A DNA stretch of 64,000 nucleotides from Longimicrobiales bacterium (GCA_965219445.1 CBDCNQ010000004.1:352001-416000), one strand, 5' to 3'; counted from the first letter of the stretch, positions 49,677 to 60,838 are shown. The notes: a model not told the origin generated them from the sequence alone. A program made the numbers and translations.

Positions 49677-51200
49677 TCACGCAGCGGCATACCTGGAAGT
49701 CACATCGGTCTGCGCGGCGCCGGAAAGAATCCTGAACTCATCCTCCCGAAGGAGTGGATCGTCGCTGATGTCGAGCTTCAGGCCGGTGACCTTTCCCAGT
49801 TTCCGGATAAAGTCAGGCTCCTCCTCCACGATCCGCAGTGCAACCTCGGGATGCATTCGGATCAAGAGCTTATTCTCAGCCCCCGTCACCGAAACACGAC
49901 GGATGCTCCGCTCGATCTGGCGTATGACCGTAGCCGGCGTATACACCCGGCCGGACCCCTCGCAGTGATCGCACGCACGAGTGAGCGTCTGAAACAACGA
50001 GGGCCGGACCCTCTGTCGCGTCATCTCGACCAATCCCAGGCCGGAGACCTCGAAGGCCTTGGTCCGGGCCCGGTCCTTCCCCAGGTGGGTCCGGAGCTCG
50101 CTGAGGACCTTGTCACGGTTCTTTTGAGACTCCATGTCGATGAAGTCACATACGATGATGCCCCCGATATCCCTCAATCGGAGCTGGCGTGCGATCTCTC
50201 GGGTGGCCTCTAGGTTGGTCTTCAGGATCGTGCTCTCGGGATCCTTCTTCCCCTTGTACCGCCCCGTGTTGACGTCGATCGATACGAGCGCCTCCGTGGG
50301 CTCGATGACCAGATAGCCACCCGAATGGAGCATCGCCTTCTTCCGGAGCGTCCCCTGAAATTCCTCCTCGACTCCATACTTGTCGAAAAGTGACTCGGAG
50401 TCCTTGTAGAGCCGGACACGATCCTTGAGTTCTGGAGCGACGTCCTTCACGTAGTGGAGGATCTCATTGTAGATCCCCCTATCGTCCACCGTAATCCATT
50501 CGAAACGATCGCTGAACAGGTCTCGGATCACTCCACTGATGAGCTTCGCCTCACCGTGGAGGGGGCTTGGAGCTTTCACTCCCTCCCTCTTTTTCAGAAT
50601 CTTCTGCCACTTGGAGCTGAGGCGCTTGAAGTCCTTCTTGAACGTTTCCTGATTGAGTTCCTCGCCCACGGTGCGAACGATGATGCCGCCCTTGTCCTTG
50701 GGAAGAACCCCCTTGGCAAGCTTGCGGAGACGCGCACGCTCCTCGCGATCCTCGATCTTGCGGCTCACACCCACCCGGGACGACCCGGGCATATAGACGA
50801 GAAATCTCCCAGGAAGTGAGATCTCTGCGGTCAGGCGGGGCCCTTTGGTGCTCATGGGCTCCTTCGTGACCTGGACGATGATCTCCTGGCCCTTACTGAT
50901 CTGATCCTGGATGGGTGGGTACTTTCGGTCACGCCTGCGCTTCCCAGCGCCCCCGTTTTCGTCGTCGTCGTCCCCCGAGTCCAGGTCGGAGGCGTGGAGG
51001 AACCCGGCCTTGTCCGTGCCGATATCGACGAAAGCGGCCTGAATGCCGGGCAAGACCGCCTCCACCTTGCCCAAGTATATGTCTCCGAGCAACCGACCTT
51101 GGTCGGCCCGGTCGAGCATCATCTCAACCAATTGCCCGTCTTCCATGAGCGCCACCCACGATTCGTGGGCCGTAGCACTCACGAGGATTTCTCTCCTCAC
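49677..51200 (-). CDS. rng: ribonuclease E/G family
   Basis: S1 domain AAFVDIG, SIDVNTG, QLRLRDIGGIIVCDFIDM; short RNase G-like length. Confidence 0.9.
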   Translation of the reverse strand: MRREILVSATAHESWVALMEDGQLVEMMLDRADQGRLLGDIYLGKVEAVLPGIQAAFVDIGTDKAGFLHASDLDSGDDDDENGGAGKRRRDRKYPPIQDQISKGQEIIVQVTKEPMSTKGPRLTAEISLPGRFLVYMPGSSRVGVSRKIEDREERARLRKLAKGVLPKDKGGIIVRTVGEELNQETFKKDFKRLSSKWQKILKKREGVKAPSPLHGEAKLISGVIRDLFSDRFEWITVDDRGIYNEILHYVKDVAPELKDRVRLYKDSESLFDKYGVEEEFQGTLRKKAMLHSGGYLVIEPTEALVSIDVNTGRYKGKKDPESTILKTNLEATREIARQLRLRDIGGIIVCDFIDMESQKNRDKVLSELRTHLGKDRARTKAFEVSGLGLVEMTRQRVRPSLFQTLTRACDHCEGSGRVYTPATVIRQIERSIRRVSVTGAENKLLIRMHPEVALRIVEEEPDFIRKLGKVTGLKLDISDDPLLREDEFRILSGAAQTDVTSRYAAA

Positions 51201-51213
51201 TATGAATTTTCTC

Positions 51214-51401
51214 CTGGGCGGTCCCTCGTGACCAATCCCGCCGTGCGCTCAACCTGTCCCGGCGTCGCCCCCCTTCAAGCCTCGAGGGAGCGAAGTCGGC
51301 TTCAGACTGAGCCCGTAATGGCAGGCCAGCGGCCCGAGTGGACTTCCCTGTTACTCCAGCGTCGTCATGGCCGACAATCGCTCTGACGAGTTGCCGCCCA
51401 G
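51214..51401 (-). ncRNA. 6S-RNA-like structured RNA (strand uncertain)
   Basis: 188 nt closed by CTGGGCGG/CCGCCCAG with further nested pairings CTCGT/ACGAG and GCCGTG/CATGGC. Confidence 0.5.
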
Positions 51402-51670
51402 TGATCAGACGCTGGATTTGTTTGTAACCGCACAGACCTTGCAGACTGGCCCTTCGGCTCGAGCCACGTGATCGGTGAGGTGTTTCCTTCGTGTACGTCT
51501 CTTCCTGCTTGAATTCTCTGTGGCGATATCCGCCCGGTGAATCGAGCGCCCCTGATATCCCTTATTCTTCCTTGCTTTCGATCTTTCCCACTTTCCCGTG
51601 TTCGTTCGAATATAGCGCCGCCCGCATTCCACCGCTTGGGGGAATTCCAAGCCGACCGTCGGCTTGCGGG

Positions 51671-53182
51671 TCATGACGCTGGGGATACACTTCGAACCGC
51701 CGAGGCGGTCCCCACCCCACTTCTGCCACATACGTCGCAACCGCCGCAGGTTGGCGTCTCGTCACCGAAGTAGCCGAGAAGCGTCAACCTCCTGCACCTG
51801 GGCGTGGTGGCATATTCTCGCACCGCCCGCAGGCCTTCGACACCGGCCTCACGAAGCCGCTGTGCCCGCGACCAATTCGGGCCCGAGGCGTGAACCCCCA
51901 GATCGAGGATCACGCGGCTGAGGTCCGGCTGTGCTTCCGCCTGCCCCGGCCCTTTGTAAACGCGAACCGCACCGAGGCGTTCCAAGGCCGCCAGAAGCGT
52001 CCACAACTCCTCTTCCGCGCAACCCGTGGCCCGGAGGAGACGACCGGCTTCCAGCAAGCCGCGCTCGCCCCCTCCGACGGTGCGCCGGAGGGCCCGCACG
52101 GCTCGCTTCAGGAGCCGGATGGGTGGACGGGACCGGTCCAGGAAGGCCATGTGCAGACGCTGATCGTCTTCACCCCAGAGAGCTACACAACGAGCGGTGT
52201 CCCCGTCCCGGCCTGCGCGGCCCGCCTCCTGGTAATACGACTCCAGAGTGGCGGGCATCTGGTAGTGAAAAACGAGCCGGACGTCGCTCTTGTCCACACC
52301 CATTCCGAACGCGTTGGTGGCAACGATCTTGCGCGTCTTTCCGGTCAGGAACTCCTCCTGCACGCGGCTTCGCACCTCCGGTTCCAACCCCGCGTGATAC
52401 GCGGCGGTCGGTATCCCGAGCCGAGCCAGATCGGAGCGAATCGTCTCGACGACTCGGCGCGTACCCGCGTAGATCACCGCAGCACCCGACTCCGATCGAC
52501 CGAGGCGTCTGATGGCGCTCATCTTGGCCGAATGCCCATCCGCCCGTTCGACGTACCAACCCAGGTTCGGGCGATCGAACGACCCCACAACCCGTATCGG
52601 CCGATTCAGCGAAAGCACGTCCAGGATATCCTCGCGCACTCTCGGTGTGGCGGTCGCCGTGAGAGCCATGACCGGCGCCGTGAGCTTTAGCCGCAGCACG
52701 CCCAGGCGACGATACGAGGGCCTGAAGTCATGCCCCCACTCGCTGATGCAATGCGCCTCGTCCACGGCGATCAGCGAGACACCGGCCGTCCCGAGCTTGT
52801 CCATGAAGCCCGGGGTCTCCAGGCGCTCCGGCGCCACGAAGAGCAGCTTGACGCCACCACTGAGCACATCGCGCAGCACCGTACTTCGCTCACGGGCGGA
52901 CAGCGCACTGGTGATGAAAGCGGCTGGGATCGAAGCACTAATGGCGCGCTGGGTCTGGTCTTCCATGAGCGAGATCAGCGGGCTCAGCACGAGAGTGAGC
53001 CCCGGGAGCGCTAGAGCAGGGACCTGATAGCAGAGACTCTTGCCGCCGCCCGTCGGAAGCACGCCGAGCGCATCCCGGCCCGCCAGCGCGGCGCCCACCA
53101 GACGCTCCTGGCCATCACGAAAGGACGAAAATCCGAAGTGATCGTATAGAATGCGGCGGGCGTCGATCGAGTCCGGGGGCAT
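51671..53182 (-). CDS. RecQ-family ATP-dependent DNA helicase
   Basis: PTGGGKSLCYQ, DEAHC, ATNAFGMG, QEAGRAGRDG, C-terminal Zn motif CRR..CGGCDVC. Confidence 0.93.
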   Translation of the reverse strand: MPPDSIDARRILYDHFGFSSFRDGQERLVGAALAGRDALGVLPTGGGKSLCYQVPALALPGLTLVLSPLISLMEDQTQRAISASIPAAFITSALSARERSTVLRDVLSGGVKLLFVAPERLETPGFMDKLGTAGVSLIAVDEAHCISEWGHDFRPSYRRLGVLRLKLTAPVMALTATATPRVREDILDVLSLNRPIRVVGSFDRPNLGWYVERADGHSAKMSAIRRLGRSESGAAVIYAGTRRVVETIRSDLARLGIPTAAYHAGLEPEVRSRVQEEFLTGKTRKIVATNAFGMGVDKSDVRLVFHYQMPATLESYYQEAGRAGRDGDTARCVALWGEDDQRLHMAFLDRSRPPIRLLKRAVRALRRTVGGGERGLLEAGRLLRATGCAEEELWTLLAALERLGAVRVYKGPGQAEAQPDLSRVILDLGVHASGPNWSRAQRLREAGVEGLRAVREYATTPRCRRLTLLGYFGDETPTCGGCDVCGRSGVGTASAVRSVSPAS

Positions 53183-53239
53183 CCGGAACCCTGGTCTCGG
53201 ATTCCGGGCGAATCCATGGACGTCTGGGGCATGGTGAGA

Positions 53240-53476
53240 CTAGCGCTCGGGCGCCGTCGGCTCCTTCCCTCCTGGGCCCGCGTCGCCGGCCGCAGACAGT
53301 CGAAGCACGAACCCCACCAACAACACGATAAGGGCAGCCGTCACGAGCCAAGAAACGTCCAGAAAAATGCCCGCGAGGCCAAGCACGGCGCCCAGGAAGA
53401 ACGCCCAAATCCTCCATCTCAAAAGGACGGCACGGTTCACTTCAGACCCGCTCCTCGGGCGTCGAGAACCATTCAC
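53240..53476 (-). CDS. small membrane protein
   Basis: Two TM helices; fills the operon gap. Confidence 0.6.
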   Translation of the reverse strand: MNGSRRPRSGSEVNRAVLLRWRIWAFFLGAVLGLAGIFLDVSWLVTAALIVLLVGFVLRLSAAGDAGPGGKEPTAPER

Positions 53477-53861
53477 GGATGTACTCTACGGCCTCCACGG
53501 TCGGAGTCCCTGGACCGAACAGACGTCCCACGCCGGTCTCCTCGAGCACCTTCATGTCCTCTTCGGGAATGATTCCGCCCCCCGTGAGCAACACACGATC
53601 GGCGCCCTCCTCCTTCAGCAATTCGAGGACACGAGGAAAGAGCGTCATGTGGGCTCCCGAGAGAACCGACAACGCCACTACGTCGACATCCTCCTGAACA
53701 GCCGCGTTGACAATCATCTCGGGCGTCTGATGAAGGCCGGTGTAGATCACCTCGAAACCGGCATCTCTGAAAGACGCGGCGATGACCTTGGCGCCGCGAT
53801 CATGGCCATCCAACCCAGGCTTGGCCACGAGGATGCGGATCTTCCGTTCCTCCGACGTCAT
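53442..53861 (-). CDS. methylmalonyl-CoA mutase cobalamin-binding subunit
   Basis: [17 protein letters not shown]. Confidence 0.95.
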   Translation of the reverse strand: MTSEERKIRILVAKPGLDGHDRGAKVIAASFRDAGFEVIYTGLHQTPEMIVNAAVQEDVDVVALSVLSGAHMTLFPRVLELLKEEGADRVLLTGGGIIPEEDMKVLEETGVGRLFGPGTPTVEAVEYIREWFSTPEERV

Positions 53862-54162
53862 TCACATCTCCTCTAGGTCCTGGCCTCGAGCTCGGGGTGG
53901 CACCAACGGCTCGGGAAGTGAAACGGAGCACGAAGCGCAGGAGGGACAGAAACCACCAGGATCACCGCAAGATAAGAACGCACGGTAGTCATGCGGAAAG
54001 CTACTGATCTCGCCAGAGCGACGGTAGTTGGGCCGGAGAAACTCCACGGAGGTAAAGCAGAGTGCCTCCCTTGCTCATCGCGATGACGTCGCGCGATCTT
54101 GGGTGGTCGTGTGCCCCATCCCATCCTCGACCCGACCCTCGAATGCCCAAGAGGAGAACCGG

Positions 54163-55716
54163 ATGAATTCGTCCCGCTTTCTCGTTTTTTTGTTCGCCGC
54201 TACGCTCGTGTCAGGGCTCGGTATAGACGAACTGAAGGCTCAGGATTTCCCCTCCGACGACCCGATCATCAGGGAGATCTGGGCTCAGGGCATGGAAGAC
54301 GGCTCGCAAGTCGAGCGTCTAGCACAGGTCTTGCTCGACTCCATCGGCCCCCGCCTCTCGGGAAGCCCCGGCCAGCGCAGCTCGGTCGAGTGGGCCGTGT
54401 CCATGTACGAGGGCTGGGACGTCCCGGTTCGAGCAGAGCAGTACGGTACGTGGCGGGGCTGGGACCGCGGGTACACACATATCGATCTCGTGGCCCCGCG
54501 GAAGCGCACGCTCAATGGAACGATGCTTGCCTGGAGCCCGGGCACCGACGGACCGGTCGAGGGTGAGGTGATCGCGATGCCGTCATTCAGTAATCAGGCC
54601 GATTTCGAGGCCTGGCTGCCCAGCGTCGCCGAAAAGTTCGTCGCGCTCTGGTACGCCGAGCCTACCTGCCGTGCACCCGAAAGCTGGGCGGCCCTGGCTA
54701 CCCCGGAATCCCAGAGCCGCATGCAGGCACTCCAACAACGCGTTCAAGGTGAGTGGATCTCCAGCATCCGGAGCGCCGGCGGCATCGGACGGATTGCCCT
54801 GGGGATCGAGGGTGCGGGAGCCGCCGGGATCGTCGCTTCCAATTGGTCGAATGGGTGGGGCGCCAACAAGATATTCTCGTCCTACACCTCGCGTGTCCCC
54901 TCAATCCACTTGAGCTGTGAAGACTACGGGCTGGTGCACCGATTGGCGTCAAACGATCAGGTGCCCGTGCTCCGGATCGACGCGGAGGCGGAATTCCTGG
55001 GTGAGGTCCCCGTCTTCAACGTGGTCGGCGAGCTGCGGGGCACGGAGTCGCCCGATGAATACGTTCTTCTAAACGCGCACTTCGACTCCTGGGATGGCGG
55101 CTCGGGCGCGACAGACAACGGAACCGGCTCGATCATGATGATGGAGGCCATACGCATCCTGAAGGAGGTCTACCCGCAGCCACGACGGACCATTCTGGTG
55201 GCGCATTGGGGCGGGGAGGAACAAGGGACCAACGGATCACTAGCGTTTGCCGAGGATCATCCGGAAGTAGTCGACGGACTCCAGGCTGCGTTCAATCAGG
55301 ACAACGGCACTTGGCGAGTCGAAATGTTTCGGATGCAGGAGTTCCCGGAGGCCGCCGAGAACTGGGAGCGATGGGTCAGTCCGATCCCACGCGATATCAC
55401 CCAGCACATCGAGCTCGACTTCGAGGTCGTTCCCGAGACCGGAAGCAGCGACGAAATGTCGTTCATCTGCAGAGGTGCCCTTGGATTTCGGCTATTGTCG
55501 CACTATCCGGATTATCGCCAATACACCTGGCATACGGAGCTCGATACCTATGACAAGATCGTTTTCGACGACCTGAGGAACAACGCCACGCTGGTCGCGA
55601 TGCTGGCTTATATGGCTTCGGAAGATCCGGACCGGGTCTCAAATGCTCGGCGGACCCTTTCCGCAGACCAACAGTGGCCCGCCTGTAGGACTCCCCAACG
55701 CAGCCCCGGCGGGTAA
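54163..55716 (+). CDS. secreted M28-family aminopeptidase
   Basis: Signal peptide, IGPRL.GS, AHFDSW, DNGTG, GEEQG, WH...D. Confidence 0.9.
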   Translation: MNSSRFLVFLFAATLVSGLGIDELKAQDFPSDDPIIREIWAQGMEDGSQVERLAQVLLDSIGPRLSGSPGQRSSVEWAVSMYEGWDVPVRAEQYGTWRGWDRGYTHIDLVAPRKRTLNGTMLAWSPGTDGPVEGEVIAMPSFSNQADFEAWLPSVAEKFVALWYAEPTCRAPESWAALATPESQSRMQALQQRVQGEWISSIRSAGGIGRIALGIEGAGAAGIVASNWSNGWGANKIFSSYTSRVPSIHLSCEDYGLVHRLASNDQVPVLRIDAEAEFLGEVPVFNVVGELRGTESPDEYVLLNAHFDSWDGGSGATDNGTGSIMMMEAIRILKEVYPQPRRTILVAHWGGEEQGTNGSLAFAEDHPEVVDGLQAAFNQDNGTWRVEMFRMQEFPEAAENWERWVSPIPRDITQHIELDFEVVPETGSSDEMSFICRGALGFRLLSHYPDYRQYTWHTELDTYDKIVFDDLRNNATLVAMLAYMASEDPDRVSNARRTLSADQQWPACRTPQRSPGG

Positions 55717-55839
55717 CGAAAGGGGGCCGGGGTCCCGCTGGACAAACCGGGCCTAAGGTCATAACATCGGCCACGTTAGGGCCATGGAAACATGGCCGCC
55801 GTCAGAAACCTCGACTCTGCATGCTGGAGGAGCCAATCG

Positions 55840-56262
55840 ATGGCGCGGATTCGTGTCACGCTCAGGTGGATCAAGATTCTCGACAACCTCGAGCCGTTCT
55901 ACAAAGAGACGGGAGAATTCCGGTTTCGCTCGCGGATCTCGAGCGAAAGTGGTGAAGGATTTTCGCATGAGACGCGCTTCCCCGAAGAGGGACACTACTC
56001 GCTCTCCGACAAGCCGGGGTGGAATTACGTCACGCTGAACAAGAACCTGTTCGAGGGCGAGGTGGAGGATCACCTTTCGGTCGAGTTGTATGGTGAAGAA
56101 ATCGACGTGATGAGTGCGAACGACGAGCTCGATCACTACCAACGTGATCACCGCGGCCCGGTGGACGACTAGGTGGGTCTCTACGAACCCGCCGATGAGG
56201 GAGCGACCGACCCTGAAGCCATGAGCAACTGGCGCATCAGTTACACGATCGAAAAGGTCTAG
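55840..56262 (+). pseudogene. hypothetical protein with in-frame TAG at 56170-56172
   Basis: GGAGGAG RBS; frame continues after the stop as VGLYEPADEGATDPEAMSNWRISYTIEKV to a TAG abutting the convergent gene. Confidence 0.6.
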
Positions 56263-56264
56263 TG

Positions 56265-58001
56265 TTAGAAGAACACGGGCTCCTTGTAGCTCCCGAAAGT
56301 CTTCTCCATCGAGTGCCGGATCTCGTAGAGGGTACAGCCAGCCCGGGCACAATCTAGAATGCCGGGCACCACGTTGGTCCCCTCCCGGCACGAGGTCTCC
56401 AACGCATCAAGAGCCTGATCGACGTCGCTGTCGTTCCTCGCCTCCCTCAGATCGGCCATCCGCATGCGTTGACGTTCCTCCACTGAAGCGTCGATCTTGA
56501 GGGTGTCGATCTCGACCTGCTCCGACCCCTCGGTGAATTCGTTGACCCCAACGACGAGGCGCCGGGACGACTCCACCTCGGCCTGCTGCCGGCGCGCCGA
56601 CTCGGCGATCTCCCTCTGGAAGAACCCTGTCTCAATCCCGGGCACCACACCACCCAATTCGGCGATCCGGCTGAAGAAATCCAAGGCCTCGGTCTCGAGC
56701 CGGTCCGTGAGTGTTTCCACGTAGTACGACCCCGCCAAGGGATCGATCGTATTCGGCACGCCACTTTCGTACGCCAGAATTTGCTGCGTCCGGAGCGCGA
56801 TTCGGACGGCCTTCTCGGTGGGTAGTGCCAGCGTCTCGTCCATGGAGTTCGTATGAAGGGATTGCGTTCCTCCCAGGACGGCGGCCATGGCCTGGTAGGC
56901 CACCCGAACAATGTTGTTCTCGGGTTGTTGGCCGGTGAGGCTCACGCCAGCCGTTTGGGCGTGTGTGCGTAAGCGCCATGCCTCGGGGTTGGTGGCCCCG
57001 TACTTCTCGCGCATGAAGCGAGCCCAAATACGCCGTGCCGCGCGAAACTTGGAGATTTCTTCGAAGAAATCGTTGTGTACGTCGAAGAAGAAGGAGAGGC
57101 GTGGCGCGAACGTATCGACATCCAACCCACGAGCGATGCCCCGTTCGACATACTCGAACCCATTGCGCAGCGTGAACGCGAGCTCTTGGACGGCCGTCGC
57201 CCCCGCCTCACGAATATGGTAACCCGAGATCGAGATGGGATTGTACCTCGGTGCGTGCTCCGCACACCACTCGAACATGTCGACGGTGCACCGCAACGCG
57301 GGTTCGGGCGGAAAGACCCAAGCGTGTTGAGCCTGATACTCCTTGAGGATGTCGTTTTGCACCGTGCCCCGGAGTTGCTCCGGGCGGACGCCCTGTCGTT
57401 CGGCCGCCACCACGTAGAAGCAGAAGAGAATGATGGCCGGACCGTTGATCGTCATGGAGACCGAGACCTGATCGAGAGGAATCCCTTCGAAGAGGGTTTC
57501 CATGTCGGCCAGCGACGAAACCGCCACACCGCACACACCCACCTCACCCAGTGAGCGTGGGTGATCACTATCGTATCCCATGAGCGTGGGAAAATCGAAC
57601 GCCACCGACAGCCCTGTGGTACCGTGCTCGAGCAGGTACTTGTACCGCCGGTTCGTGTCCTCAGCGGTGGCGAATCCTGCAAACTGCCGCATCGTCCAGA
57701 GGCGGGTCCGATACATGCTCGCGTAAGGACCCCGCGTAAAGGGATACTGTCCCGGAACGCCAAGCGCCTCGGCGTACGCCTCCCGGGACATCCGATCAAG
57801 GGGGGTGTAGAGCGGGGCGACTTCGATCCCCGATCTCGTGCTGAAAAGGGCTTCCCTGGGCGGGGTCGCGCCGAACTCCTCCTCCCAACGGCGGAGCTGC
57901 TCAGAAAGGCGCTCCAGTTCCAACTCCTGCTGACGAACCCGCTCGGCCAACTCGCCTGGGACGGTCACGTCGCGTTCTATGATCGACATGCGATCTTCCA
58001 T
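56265..58001 (-). CDS. methylmalonyl-CoA mutase, N-terminal (substrate-binding) subunit
   Basis: PFTRG, WTMRQFAGF, GTVQNDILKE, SISGYHIREAG, QSLHTNS.DE. Confidence 0.95.
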   Translation of the reverse strand: MEDRMSIIERDVTVPGELAERVRQQELELERLSEQLRRWEEEFGATPPREALFSTRSGIEVAPLYTPLDRMSREAYAEALGVPGQYPFTRGPYASMYRTRLWTMRQFAGFATAEDTNRRYKYLLEHGTTGLSVAFDFPTLMGYDSDHPRSLGEVGVCGVAVSSLADMETLFEGIPLDQVSVSMTINGPAIILFCFYVVAAERQGVRPEQLRGTVQNDILKEYQAQHAWVFPPEPALRCTVDMFEWCAEHAPRYNPISISGYHIREAGATAVQELAFTLRNGFEYVERGIARGLDVDTFAPRLSFFFDVHNDFFEEISKFRAARRIWARFMREKYGATNPEAWRLRTHAQTAGVSLTGQQPENNIVRVAYQAMAAVLGGTQSLHTNSMDETLALPTEKAVRIALRTQQILAYESGVPNTIDPLAGSYYVETLTDRLETEALDFFSRIAELGGVVPGIETGFFQREIAESARRQQAEVESSRRLVVGVNEFTEGSEQVEIDTLKIDASVEERQRMRMADLREARNDSDVDQALDALETSCREGTNVVPGILDCARAGCTLYEIRHSMEKTFGSYKEPVFF

Positions 58002-58087
58002 GATTTAGGCCGAGAAAGTCTACCCAGGACTCGATCAAATGTCCCGTAATTCGGAGGAACCGTCCCCAGCGGCCTGCTGAAGAAGTA

Positions 58088-59161
58088 CTATTCTTGGACG
58101 AGGAGCGTCTTCAGGATCGAGGCCGAAACCGAGTACGGGGTGGCCTTACCCTGCTGGATATGATCCAGCCCGGTGTCGAGTAACCCCTTGGTCGCTTCAC
58201 TCCGCCAAAGGATCCCGCGAAGCGAACGCTCCGCGACCTCACGCACGCGCACCGCCGCTCGTGCCCGCCGCCGGGCGCCCAACTCACCGGACTCATCTAG
58301 ATGTTCCCGATGCCGGTCCACGGCGTCGAGCAGTTCCTCCACCCCTTCCCCCGTCTGAGCAACGGTTTTGAGAATGGGAATTTCCCAGAGTCCGTCATCG
58401 TCCGTAGCGGGGTGGGGGGCGGTGGCCTCGGCCTTCTTGGCCGCAAGCGTCAGATCAACCCCGTGATGGGCTGTAAAATCGCCCAAGGCTTTCCCGACCC
58501 GAAGGTGTAGGGCGGTCTGTATGTCTTTGAGCACCCGATCGGCGCCTGGCCGATCCGCTTTGTTCACTACGAAGATGTCCGCAATCTCCATGAGTCCGGC
58601 CTTCATGGCCTGGATTCCGTCGCCCGACTCCGGGACCAGTACCACCACCACCGTGTCGGCCGCCCCGGTAATCTCCAGCTCGGTCTGGCCGACTCCTACC
58701 GTCTCGATGAGAAGGCGCGCGAGCCCGAACGCGTCCATGAGGTCGATAACCTCCTTGGAGGTGGTAGCAAGCCCTCCGAGCGAACCCCGGGTCGCCATGG
58801 AGCGAATGAATATGCCGCGATCGATGGCCAGGTCGTTCATCCTGATCCGGTCCCCGAGAAGGGCTCCCCCCGAATAGGGCGACGTCGGGTCGACAGCCAC
58901 CACACCGACGTCTTCGTTGCGGGCACGGCACAGGTTGGCCAACTCGGCAATCAGACTCGACTTCCCGCCGCCCGGCGGACCGGTCAGCCCAACGCGCCTG
59001 GCGCGAGGCCCCGCAGCGAGCACACGATGGAGAAATCCCTGGAAACCGGGCGTCTCATTCTCGATGACGGAAATCGCACGGGCGAGGGCCGTCCGCTTCC
59101 CGGCGTGGAACCGCGTGAGAAGCGATCCTAGCTCTTCCGGGAGCGGCTCAGTCGGATCCAT
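58088..59161 (-). CDS. meaB: methylmalonyl-CoA mutase GTPase chaperone
   Basis: TGPPGGGKSS, VDPTSP, GDRIRM, ETVGVGQ, NKAD. Confidence 0.95.
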   Translation of the reverse strand: MDPTEPLPEELGSLLTRFHAGKRTALARAISVIENETPGFQGFLHRVLAAGPRARRVGLTGPPGGGKSSLIAELANLCRARNEDVGVVAVDPTSPYSGGALLGDRIRMNDLAIDRGIFIRSMATRGSLGGLATTSKEVIDLMDAFGLARLLIETVGVGQTELEITGAADTVVVVLVPESGDGIQAMKAGLMEIADIFVVNKADRPGADRVLKDIQTALHLRVGKALGDFTAHHGVDLTLAAKKAEATAPHPATDDDGLWEIPILKTVAQTGEGVEELLDAVDRHREHLDESGELGARRRARAAVRVREVAERSLRGILWRSEATKGLLDTGLDHIQQGKATPYSVSASILKTLLVQE

Positions 59162-59167
59162 TTCTGA

Positions 59168-60838
59168 TCATCGACCACCCTCACCGGGCCGAATGCGTCG
59201 AGCGTGGCGTAGTGGGTTTTCGAGCAGATGAGTGGGGATGAAGAACACGAGAACGAACATGAGCAGAGCCACCATAAGGCCACCTCCGAGCAGCCAGAAG
59301 CTCCGAATCGAAATGAAGATGATGGACGAGATGACTGCGGTAGCCGTGGCGAAAATACTCAGGCTGATGCGCCGAGCCTGTAGGTTGAGAAACCGCTCCT
59401 GGCCTTGGATGTCGCGGGGGTGGACGCGCACCCTCAACTCTTCGCGTTCCGCACGTCCAAGCAGATCGCCTATGGTCCGAAGTGCCGTCTGCACCTCTTC
59501 GAGCAAATCCTTCGCGACGGCCACGGGTTGGCGGACAGCCGTCTTTGTGATTTCACCCTTGAGGTCCCCGACCACGCGCTTGAGGAGCCCCAGCCCATCG
59601 AAATTCTCGTCGTAGCGAATGCCGATGCCCTCGAGCAGCACGGAGGTCCGAAGGAGATACACGAGCTCTTGGGGGAGCATGAGGGGCCACGTGTAAAACG
59701 TGTCGAAGATCTCGTGGACGATCCCTTCGATGCGATCCCGATTGGAGAGCCGTGCACGCCCGAGGATGGCGAGAATCTCGGTGGCTGCCTCGCGGATCTC
59801 GCCTCGGGACACTTCGGGGCTGATCATGCCTAATCGGTACATGCCGTTGATCATCCCGTCCAAATCGTCCCGCTCGACGGTCAGCGCGAGGTCCAGAATG
59901 TACTCTCGCGTCCAGCTAGGAACATCGAGCACCATGCCCCAGTCGAGCACCACGATCGCTCCGTCATCCTGAACGAGGAGGTTGCCAGGGTGGGGATCGG
60001 CGTGCAGAAACCCGTCGACCATCATCATGCGAAGGTAGAGGCCCGTCAGGCGCTCCATCACCTCGTTGAACTCGATGCGTCCTGTCGCAATCTGGTCCTG
60101 CAAGTGATCGATCTTGGTTCCCGTGCAATGCTCCATCACCAGAACCCCTCGACGCGTGTATTCATCCAGGACCTCGGGGGCCCGAACGGTCGGATCGTCT
60201 CTGAAATACCGCTGGAAACGCTCGATGTTTTCCGACTCCTTACGGAAATCCATCTCCTCCCTTACGCGATGGGAGAACTCGCGCACGACGTTGGTGAGCG
60301 CCTGAATGTGATGGTTCGGGAAGAGGACATTGAGCCAAAACAGAAGCCTGAAGCTGATGTCGAGATCGAGGGCCACGAGTTCCTCGACACCCGGGCGGAG
60401 CACCTTGACCGCAACCTCCTTTCCATCGACGACTGCCTGATGCACCTGGCCGAGGCTCGCAGCGGCGGCCGGCTCGCGATCGAACTCGTCGAAGACCTCA
60501 TCCACCGGCTGACCCAACTCGCGCTCGATAACCGCGATGATCTGATCCGGGGGATCAGGAGGAGCCCGATCCTGAAGCGCGCCGATGGCTGTCAGGTAGG
60601 GCTCGGGAAAGATATCTGCCCGGGCCGACATGAGTTGGCCGAGCTTGATGAACGTCGGCCCCAGCTTGGCCACCCGCGCCACCAATTTTTCTGCCCGCCG
60701 CTGATGATGCCGCTCGGTACGGCGAGCGGGAGAGCCCAGGATGATCCATCTCTTCCGATCCCTCAGAAAGCCCATAACCAACGGTGTAAGGCCGACCAGG
60801 ACTCGGATCCCTCTGAAGAAGCTCCTCACAGACGGCAC
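59168..60838 (-). CDS. AarF/ABC1/UbiB-family kinase
   Basis: LGPTFIKLGQ, AASLGQVH, VAVKV, HADPHPGN, DWGM. Confidence 0.93.
   Translation of the reverse strand: MPSVRSFFRGIRVLVGLTPLVMGFLRDRKRWIILGSPARRTERHHQRRAEKLVARVAKLGPTFIKLGQLMSARADIFPEPYLTAIGALQDRAPPDPPDQIIAVIERELGQPVDEVFDEFDREPAAAASLGQVHQAVVDGKEVAVKVLRPGVEELVALDLDISFRLLFWLNVLFPNHHIQALTNVVREFSHRVREEMDFRKESENIERFQRYFRDDPTVRAPEVLDEYTRRGVLVMEHCTGTKIDHLQDQIATGRIEFNEVMERLTGLYLRMMMVDGFLHADPHPGNLLVQDDGAIVVLDWGMVLDVPSWTREYILDLALTVERDDLDGMINGMYRLGMISPEVSRGEIREAATEILAILGRARLSNRDRIEGIVHEIFDTFYTWPLMLPQELVYLLRTSVLLEGIGIRYDENFDGLGLLKRVVGDLKGEITKTAVRQPVAVAKDLLEEVQTALRTIGDLLGRAEREELRVRVHPRDIQGQERFLNLQARRISLSIFATATAVISSIIFISIRSFWLLGGGLMVALLMFVLVFFIPTHLLENPLRHARRIRPGEGGR

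Noticed and set aside
56170..56172. Pyrrolysine or amber recoding
   Set aside because: TAG is used as a normal stop by many genes here and no pyl genes are seen.
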